From Armatimonadota bacterium (GTDB lineage: Bacteria > Armatimonadota > Zipacnadia > Zipacnadales > JABUFB01): DNA of 64,000 nucleotides. Within the stretch, counting starts at the first letter, position 1. Every line of letters starts with the position of its first letter. Shown here in pieces: positions 57,644 to 64,000 of this stretch. Location of the stretch: NCBI GenBank assembly GCA_013314775.1, contig JABUFB010000019.1, positions 3,189 to 67,188 on the forward strand, given 5' to 3'. Position numbers and translations under genes: made by a program. The notes below the pieces were generated by a model. That model was not told where the DNA came from, made no database searches, and saw only the letters and a program-made list of their open reading frames with translations.

Positions 57644-60600
57644 ATGAAGCTCCTGGTACACGCGATTCTTGCACTGCTCCTGTGCAGCATTCCGGCTCTG
57701 GCACAGGATGCGGATGGCGACGGCATACCAGACGTGGTTGAGGCTGACCTAGGCTCCTCCGTCCAGCGCGCACAGGAGTTCACTCGGCTCGCCTATGACG
57801 GAAGCGCAGAAGCCGGCGACCGGTCCCTCAGCAGCAGTTTTGCGAACGCGCCGGACTTCCTCGAGATCGGCCTGGCGAACATCGCGGCAGACCGCTGGCT
57901 GTTCCGGGTGACTTTCGCCGGAGATTATGTGCATGACGGGAACACGTTCATTCTGTACCTGGACGTGGATCGCGACCTCACCACCGGCCGCCAGGACGTG
58001 AAGGCGAACCAAGGCACGGACATTATGTACGTGCAGCAAAACGGGAAGTTCACGACCGCCGAGCACACCAAAGGTCTCCAGCGTGGCCCGGCGCGCCTGG
58101 CGGTTGTGGGCAATGCGTTGTACATCAGCACCGACGCGGCAATCGGCGAGGGCAATGCGGACGGTAAGCTGCGGTTCAAAGCACTGTCCCATGTCTCGCC
58201 GCCGAAAGCAAATGATTCGGACAACATGGACTGGGTGGTGGTTGACCTTCCCCCAGTCGTCGGCGCGGTAAAGCCCCGAGTTGGCCCGCCGCTGCCGGAG
58301 CCACCGCTGTCCGGCCTCGTCACCGACCAGCCCGACGCAGACCGCGACGGTATCCCCGATGGGGTGGAACTGGCTCTGGGGAGCAACGTGGAGATCGCCG
58401 AGCCGATGTATCTCGTGCTGGATGACGGTGTATGCGGCGTGGATGACAAGACGGTGCGGCAGGGCCGGAAATCAGCGCCGGATGTGAGCCGGGTGCATTT
58501 CGGGAACGTGGGACAGGATCGGTACATCTGGAAGCTGGAGTTCGCCGAAGATTTCGTGGCCCCCGGCACGGTACTGATTCTCTACCTCGACGCCGACAAT
58601 CGCACGGACACCGGACGGCAGGATTTCGCTCTCGGCGTGGACGTGATGCTCACCTGCGTGGACGGCGGCTTCGCGCCGACCATCATCAACGCAGGCGTGG
58701 CCGGAATGGACCGGCGGCTGCGCGGTATCATCGATGGCAAGTCGGTGTGGATGAGCATGGATCTGCGCATGAACCACACCGAAGATGGGCACACTGAAAC
58801 CCGCGCCCATGTCCTGTGTCATCGCCGCCCCGAGACCCAGGATGCTGACTTCACCGAGTGGTTCGTGCATTACGGGCCGGGTGAGTCCGACCGGCCCAAG
58901 CCCCGAGCAGGCAGCGTATCGGAGTTCCGTTCCGAGAACCTCAACGTGGAGATGCCCTGGCTGGGCTGGCGCGATGACCTGCGCAAGCTGCAAGTCATCG
59001 ATCTGCCGGCGGCGGAGGCGCAGCTGGACGGCATGCGCCTGTTCGACCGCGCGGTGGTGCCAGAGAGCCCCGGAGCCACCGCAACTTTCGCCTCGCCGGC
59101 GGAAGGCCGCTTCCACCTGTGCTTTGTGGTGCAGGACAGCGCCGTCGGGGACGAGACGCTGACGGTTGACGTTGCAGGGACGCCGGTTGCCCGCGCGGTG
59201 GCTGCGGAGAATGACGGCCTGTTCCACCTGTACACCACCCGCGAACCCGTGGAGCTGGCGAAAGGCCAGCCGATCCGCTTCACCGCACAGGAGCCCGCCC
59301 AGGACTTCCAGGTATCCGAGGTGTTTCTGTCGCCGAGCGTTCCCAGGCCGCGTGACCTGGAAATCAGGCACCTGTCTGCCTATTGCGCTCCGGACCAGTC
59401 GGGCGACCTGGTGGATGTGGACATCTGCTGGCTCACCAACTACCCCGACGGCGCCGCAGTGATATGGGGGCCGGGAGATCAGCCAACGCGCAGGCAGGAA
59501 TCCCCGATCCAGGGCGGCTACAGCCACAAGGTCACCCTTACCGGCCTGCAGCGCGGCGAGGCCTACTGTGCGCGAGTGGAGACGGCCGGGGGACGCCTGC
59601 GCTCTGAGCTTCTGCGCTTCGTGGCCGAACCGTTGAGCCTGGCGAGCGGAACTGCTCGACGCGAGAGGGTCCGGCTTCATGTCAGCGCCTCGGAAGGCGC
59701 GGAGATAGATGGCTGGCCGGTTGAGGGCGGGGTCCCGCTGCCCGCAGGCGCGCTGTCCTCTGTTGGGCACTGCCGGGTGATCAGTAATGCGGGTGAGGTG
59801 GTCCCGGCCAGCTTCAGGGCTCTCGGCTGGTGGCCCGACGGGAGCATCAAGTGGGTGCTGGTGAGTCTGCCCGACGGGGAAGGCGGACCCTTTGAGCTGG
59901 AGTACGGGGAGGAGGTGCAGGCCGACAGCCCGCAGCTGGTCACCGTTGCGGAGGACGAGGCAGGGCTGACTGTGTCCAATGGCATCCTCCGGGCGCGCAT
60001 CAGCCGCAACGGCTTCGCCCCGCCCGGCGAAGTGCGCCTGGACCTCAACGGCGACGGGCAGTTCGCGGACAATGAAGTGGTTGCTCCCGCCGACCAGCCA
60101 GGAATCGCTCTCACCGACAGCGCCGGCAAGCGCTATACCAGCAAGACGGGTCCGGTGAACTTGCGGTTGGAGGAAATCGGGCCGACTCGCGCGGTGCTGC
60201 TGGCAGAGGGCCCTCTGCAGGCTGAGGATGGCGGCAGGCTCATGCGCTACCGCTGCCGGATGACCTTCCATGCGGGCTTTGCGGGTATTCCCACCGTCTT
60301 CACCCTCGTCAACGGTGAGGGTACGTCGGCCATGCCCCCCACAATGACTGCGGTGAAGAGCCTGTCCCTGACGATGGATACCGGCCAAGGCAATCAGGCG
60401 CCCGTACGGGTGCTGCAGGACTACGACAGCCATACCGTGACCACCGAAGGCGGTACCCGGACGGAATCTGAAGGTCGTCCGCTGGGCGTCGTGAGCGCAC
60501 AGGACGAGAAGGCTCGGGCGACCCTCTGCCTGCGAGACTTCTGGCAACTATACCCAAAGGCCACCAGTCGCTCCGCCGGTGGAGAACTGTCCGTGGAGCT

Positions 60601-62863
60601 CCTGCCGGAGCTGCCCTCCGACCAGTACGCCCAGCACACCGATCCGAAGCTGAAGACCCAGCATTATTACTGGTTCAGAGATGGTGCGTACCAGGTCCCA
60701 TGCGGCGTGGCACTGAGCCATGACATTCTGTTCCACTTCGCTTCGCCGGGACAGAGTCCCGATACGGTGGCGGCTCAGTGGCAGGCGACACGGCTTCTGA
60801 CAGCGGAGCCTGGGCACTACTGCGCTTCCGGGGCCCTGATGGACATTGCGCCCGAAAAGGTGGGAGTGTTCGGCTCCTTCCAAGACTACGTGCGGCGTGG
60901 TCTGGCCCGTATCAACGACGCGCGGGAGCGAGTGCGCGAATACAGCTACATGAACTTCGGTGACTGGTACGGCGAGCGTGGCGTGAACTGGGGTAACCTG
61001 GAATATGACCTGCAATGGGGGCTGCTCCTGCAGTTTGCCCGCAGCGGAGACCTGGCGTTTTTCGACCGGGCGGAAGAAGCCGCGCGACACATGGCTGCCA
61101 TCGATATCATCAACGCTTCGCCCCAGGCAAGTCAGGTCGGGCGCGTCCACGTTCACGGTCTCGGGCACACGGGCGGGTTCGGGATGGAGAGGGTGCCGGG
61201 CGCTGAGTACTGGTTCGACAGCGGCGGGCACGATATCGGCCATACCTGGACCCAGGGCACTTACGCGACCTATTGCCTCACCGGGGACAGACGGTACCTG
61301 GAGAGCGCCGACCTGGTTGCGGACTGGATGGCCACCGCGTACACCCAGAGCCTGCAGGACCAGATCCATCGAAACTACGGCTGGGCGACCCTCGCTGTGC
61401 TGGGCGGGTATGCGGTGAAGCCCGATCCGCACTTGCTCAATGCCGCTCGGCTCTTCTGCGACCATATGGTTGCGCGTCAGGATCCGGGAACGGGCGTCTG
61501 GGCCCATGCCATCGGCGAGTGCGAACACAAGCCGCAACACATGGGCGGGAAGGTCTTCATGAGCGGCGTGGATATGACGGCGCTGCGCACGCTGGACATA
61601 ATCGAGCCTCGGGACGATCTCAAGCACGCCATCGCGCGGAACTGCGACTGGATGTACACGCGCATGTGGCAACCGGGCGACAACAACTTCCAGTATGCCC
61701 AATGCACCCAGTTCGACAAGAGCTCAACCCACGCCGGCACCTGGATGGCTTGCGAGGGGCTGGCGTACGCATACGAACTGACCGGGGATGACCGGTACCG
61801 GGAGATGCTGTTGCGATCCCTGGGCGACAGCATGCAGCGCGGGCCGGGAGGTGATGGGAAGACGTACGCCATGCAGATTCGCATGGTGCCGTATGCCCTG
61901 GCAATTCTAGAGCGCCTGGGGATGGACGAGCTTCCCCTGCCCCCTCCTCCGGCGCCCGATGTGACCTGGGATCGCGGCCTGTACCTGTCGCCTGAGGGCG
62001 GCCGAGTCGCGCTGTATGTCAACAACCGGGCGGCAACGCCTGTGGCGGCTCGCGTGAGAGTGGTCTCGGTGCCGGAAGGACTGGTCGCGGCCAGTGAGAC
62101 GGTAGAATGGAACGCTGCTTCGGGAAGGACCGCAGGACCGGCGCTCGGCTTCACCGGAAAGGCACAGGATGCCGCGAAGGTGGTGCTGGAGTACGAGGTC
62201 GGGCAGGTGCGCGGAAAGGCGGAGATCCCCGTGCGCAATGCGGCGGCGGTGGAGGTCGGGCAGGGAGCGGGTTACATCGGCGCGCCGCCCGACCCGCTGG
62301 GGCTTGCGTTGCAGAAGCTGGGCATCTCCCTGCCCCCCCTTGAGCAGCTGGACAGCGCCACGCTGGCTAAGTGCGGTGGCTTGATTATCGGCGCTGAAGC
62401 TCACTCCAAGGATTTCGCGGGCTTGAAGCAGAATCCGTACGCGCTCGCGGACTTCATCCTCTCCGGCGGGCGCGTCGCTATCCTGCAGCTTCAAGATTCC
62501 GACTACGAGACGGGTTATCTGCCCTTCGATATCCAGGTACACGAGGACGCTTCGAGCCTGGGCAGGATCACATTGCCCGGCCATCCGCTGTTCACGCGGC
62601 CCAATCGAGTGGAGTCGCTTTCGGGGGCGATTGAGTACGACCGGCTCACGGGCGCGGGGCCCGGATGGCAGGTGCTGGCGGTGGACGCAGGTGGCGCTCC
62701 GGCGATCATCCACGCGAAGGCGGGCAAAGGTGAGGTCGTGGTGGTGCAGGCATCGGTGGATCGTTACATCACCGGCGAGGTCAGCCCGACCGGGACGCTG
62801 CGGGTCGAGGACTGCGAAGCCTTCCTGCGCAATCTGGTGGAGTGGGTGAAGGGGCGCGGATAG
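57644..62863 (+). CDS. giant secreted multidomain protein (1739 aa): duplicated N-terminal Ca-binding-like domains, FN3-like domain, central (alpha/alpha)-toroid hydrolase/lyase-like region, C-terminal ThuA/GATase1-like domain
   Basis: Signal peptide MKLLVHAILALLLCSIPALA. Internal duplication (DADGDGIPDVVEADLGS...ILYLDVDRDLTTGRQD vs DADRDGIPDGVELALGS...ILYLDADNRTDTGRQD). FN3-like YSHKVTLTGLQRGEAYCARVE. Toroid-like DWYGERGVNWGNLEYDLQWGLLLQFAR. C-terminal GGLIIGAEAHS...VAILQLQD. Confidence 0.6.
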   Translation: MKLLVHAILALLLCSIPALAQDADGDGIPDVVEADLGSSVQRAQEFTRLAYDGSAEAGDRSLSSSFANAPDFLEIGLANIAADRWLFRVTFAGDYVHDGNTFILYLDVDRDLTTGRQDVKANQGTDIMYVQQNGKFTTAEHTKGLQRGPARLAVVGNALYISTDAAIGEGNADGKLRFKALSHVSPPKANDSDNMDWVVVDLPPVVGAVKPRVGPPLPEPPLSGLVTDQPDADRDGIPDGVELALGSNVEIAEPMYLVLDDGVCGVDDKTVRQGRKSAPDVSRVHFGNVGQDRYIWKLEFAEDFVAPGTVLILYLDADNRTDTGRQDFALGVDVMLTCVDGGFAPTIINAGVAGMDRRLRGIIDGKSVWMSMDLRMNHTEDGHTETRAHVLCHRRPETQDADFTEWFVHYGPGESDRPKPRAGSVSEFRSENLNVEMPWLGWRDDLRKLQVIDLPAAEAQLDGMRLFDRAVVPESPGATATFASPAEGRFHLCFVVQDSAVGDETLTVDVAGTPVARAVAAENDGLFHLYTTREPVELAKGQPIRFTAQEPAQDFQVSEVFLSPSVPRPRDLEIRHLSAYCAPDQSGDLVDVDICWLTNYPDGAAVIWGPGDQPTRRQESPIQGGYSHKVTLTGLQRGEAYCARVETAGGRLRSELLRFVAEPLSLASGTARRERVRLHVSASEGAEIDGWPVEGGVPLPAGALSSVGHCRVISNAGEVVPASFRALGWWPDGSIKWVLVSLPDGEGGPFELEYGEEVQADSPQLVTVAEDEAGLTVSNGILRARISRNGFAPPGEVRLDLNGDGQFADNEVVAPADQPGIALTDSAGKRYTSKTGPVNLRLEEIGPTRAVLLAEGPLQAEDGGRLMRYRCRMTFHAGFAGIPTVFTLVNGEGTSAMPPTMTAVKSLSLTMDTGQGNQAPVRVLQDYDSHTVTTEGGTRTESEGRPLGVVSAQDEKARATLCLRDFWQLYPKATSRSAGGELSVELLPELPSDQYAQHTDPKLKTQHYYWFRDGAYQVPCGVALSHDILFHFASPGQSPDTVAAQWQATRLLTAEPGHYCASGALMDIAPEKVGVFGSFQDYVRRGLARINDARERVREYSYMNFGDWYGERGVNWGNLEYDLQWGLLLQFARSGDLAFFDRAEEAARHMAAIDIINASPQASQVGRVHVHGLGHTGGFGMERVPGAEYWFDSGGHDIGHTWTQGTYATYCLTGDRRYLESADLVADWMATAYTQSLQDQIHRNYGWATLAVLGGYAVKPDPHLLNAARLFCDHMVARQDPGTGVWAHAIGECEHKPQHMGGKVFMSGVDMTALRTLDIIEPRDDLKHAIARNCDWMYTRMWQPGDNNFQYAQCTQFDKSSTHAGTWMACEGLAYAYELTGDDRYREMLLRSLGDSMQRGPGGDGKTYAMQIRMVPYALAILERLGMDELPLPPPPAPDVTWDRGLYLSPEGGRVALYVNNRAATPVAARVRVVSVPEGLVAASETVEWNAASGRTAGPALGFTGKAQDAAKVVLEYEVGQVRGKAEIPVRNAAAVEVGQGAGYIGAPPDPLGLALQKLGISLPPLEQLDSATLAKCGGLIIGAEAHSKDFAGLKQNPYALADFILSGGRVAILQLQDSDYETGYLPFDIQVHEDASSLGRITLPGHPLFTRPNRVESLSGAIEYDRLTGAGPGWQVLAVDAGGAPAIIHAKAGKGEVVVVQASVDRYITGEVSPTGTLRVEDCEAFLRNLVEWVKGRG

Positions 62864-62900
62864 CGGGTGCAAATTCCGTGTTAGGGAGCTTCGGGACGCC

Positions 62901-62928
62901 TTGACATCTCGGCTCAGACGGTCATAAT
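62901..62928 (+). promoter_or_regulatory. strong sigma70-like promoter (TTGACA-N16-CATAAT) upstream of the second prepilin-type gene
   Basis: ttgacatctcggctcagacggtcataat read directly. GGAGG RBS lies 13 nt before ATG 62974. Confidence 0.55.
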
Positions 62929-62973
62929 GCGCGTCTGTCCGAGCCGTCTCAACCCCAAACGGAGGCGTCCGTC

Positions 62974-63606
62974 ATGACACGTCGTGGTTTTACATTGATC
63001 GAGTTGTTGGTCGTTATCGCGATCATCGCGATCCTTGCCGCAATTCTCTTTCCGGTCTTCGCCCGGGCGCGGGAGAAGGCCCGTCAGACCAGTTGCCTGA
63101 GCAATATCAAGCAGTTGTCCACGGGCTTCGCCATGTATGTGCAGGACTACGATGAGCGTCTGGGCCGTTACTGCTCCTGGCTCGTGGCCAGTTCCTGGAA
63201 CACTCCCAATGACAAGACGAACCTGAACAAGGGCGTGGAGCCCTATGTCAAGAATACCCAGGTCTTCCTGTGCCCGAGTTTCTCCGGCGGCTACCGGTAC
63301 GGCCCGAACGGCGCCTGGACCCCGTGCGGCTCCTACGGCTGGAGCATCAATGCCACCCGGGACTTCCCGTCACTGGCGCAGTTCAAGGAAGTCGCGCAGA
63401 CCATCATCCTCGCCGACAGCAGCAGCGGCGGTTGCTGGATGGGCTACTACAACAACCAGATGTACTACACCACGGGTGTGCACAATGAGGGCGCCAACGT
63501 GGGGTTCCTGGACGGGCATGCGAAGTGGATGAAGAAGGACAACCTGGAAGATACAGCGGCCATCAACGGCATGTGGCGCGGCGCAATGTGCCCGGGAGGG
63601 TACTGA
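62974..63606 (+). CDS. prepilin-type N-terminal cleavage/methylation domain protein (paralog of 52300..52931)
   Basis: [39 protein letters not shown]-terminal [11 protein letters not shown]. Confidence 0.8.
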   Translation: MTRRGFTLIELLVVIAIIAILAAILFPVFARAREKARQTSCLSNIKQLSTGFAMYVQDYDERLGRYCSWLVASSWNTPNDKTNLNKGVEPYVKNTQVFLCPSFSGGYRYGPNGAWTPCGSYGWSINATRDFPSLAQFKEVAQTIILADSSSGGCWMGYYNNQMYYTTGVHNEGANVGFLDGHAKWMKKDNLEDTAAINGMWRGAMCPGGY

Positions 63607-63793
63607 GCGGCGCTCTCCCCGACGCGAAGACTGCAGATGACCGCGGAACCGCCCGGCACGGAACCACGTGCCGGGCGGTGTCTCAAGCGCGGCCGGCGAA
63701 GCCTTTCTTTCCTGATACCCACAAGGACTTCCCCTCCTCGCGGCGAACTGCCCGCGGACGTCTGACGCTCCGAACTTGAAAGGACCACCGAAC

Positions 63794-64000
63794 ATGGCCG
63801 AGTACCGCTCTCTCCTGCTGGGCTGCGGGGGCCGGGGTACCGCTCACGCCCGAGCATACGCGCAACTGCCGAACATGCATCTCGTCGCCGTCTGCGACGC
63901 CATTGAGGAACGCTGCGACCGCTATCGGGAGACCTACGGCGTGCCCGAGGCGTACTCCGACTTCGAGCAGGCGCTGGATGCTGTCCGCCCCGACATCGTT
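63794..64000 (+). CDS. Gfo/Idh/MocA family oxidoreductase, N-terminal fragment (runs off window end)
   Basis: MAEYRSLLLGCGGRGTAHARAYAQLPNMHLVAVCD Rossmann N-terminus. No stop before position 64000. Confidence 0.55.
   Translation, partial: MAEYRSLLLGCGGRGTAHARAYAQLPNMHLVAVCDAIEERCDRYRETYGVPEAYSDFEQALDAVRPDIV

Noticed and set aside
58472-62872. Minus-strand ORFs of 691, 384 and 321 aa
   Set aside because: All antisense to the 1739-aa secreted protein gene, whose reading frame is continuous with a signal peptide and internal domain repeats.
1-64000. tRNA, rRNA or tmRNA genes
   Set aside because: By eye I found no T-loop-like GGTTCGAATCC/GGTTCAAATCC contexts or rRNA-like conserved stretches in the intergenic regions. 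Not excluded without a tRNAscan or Infernal run.

Overview
This 64-kb window is high-GC bacterial chromosomal DNA. Confident features are conventional core and CAZyme genes; the proposed novel systems are sequence-level inferences I could not search or test. The strongest candidates are a LexA-like S24 peptidase protein adjacent to a QueC-like protein (24437-27214), a KaiC-like protein fused to a solute-binding domain (21050-23725), a possible anti-phage ATPase + TOPRIM-like pair after hisD (40042-41710) and a structured tandem repeat (3618-4254).

Gene content (prepilin-type proteins with H-X9-DG-like C-termini, many glycoside hydrolases, several Gfo/Idh/MocA oxidoreductases) suggests an Armatimonadota- or Planctomycetota-like organism, but that is a guess. 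Genes are densely packed on both strands. Long ORFs antisense to well-supported genes are treated as high-GC artefacts.

Recognisable core genes:
- trmFO-xerC-hslV-hslU block (13.7-18.0 kb) in the same order as Bacillus gid-codV-clpQ-clpY
- cspA-family cold shock gene with its own promoter and terminator, followed by hisH-hisA-hisD (36.6-40.0 kb)
- selB (29991-31928)
- two-component system (55.0-57.5 kb)

Carbohydrate-active and secreted proteins:
- GH20 hexosaminidase
- GH51 arabinofuranosidase
- BNR sialidase-like protein
- GH105-like lipoprotein
- tandem carbon-nitrogen hydrolase
- vWA membrane protein
- 1739-aa secreted multidomain protein
- two paralogous prepilin-type proteins

Accessory or unusual items:
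- perfect 150-bp direct repeat in two tandem copies (period 190 bp) full of GC hairpins, each with an embedded TATAAT plus AGGAGG, between a tandem alpha/beta-hydrolase gene and an AAC(3)-family acetyltransferase gene
- frameshifted, truncated phnX remnant
- tandem KaiC-like ATPase fused to a cytoplasmic sugar-type solute-binding domain
- divergently arranged pair: a protein with a C-terminal LexA-like S24 peptidase domain next to a QueC-like PP-loop protein with an N-terminal extension (possible undescribed module)
- AAA_21-type ABC ATPase translationally coupled to a small TOPRIM-like (DUF4276/RloB-like) protein, a likely anti-phage pair, inserted after hisD

No rRNA, tRNA, CRISPR array or transposase was recognised by eye. 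Coordinates I derived by hand (starts inside track ORFs, promoters, terminators) may be off by a base or two.
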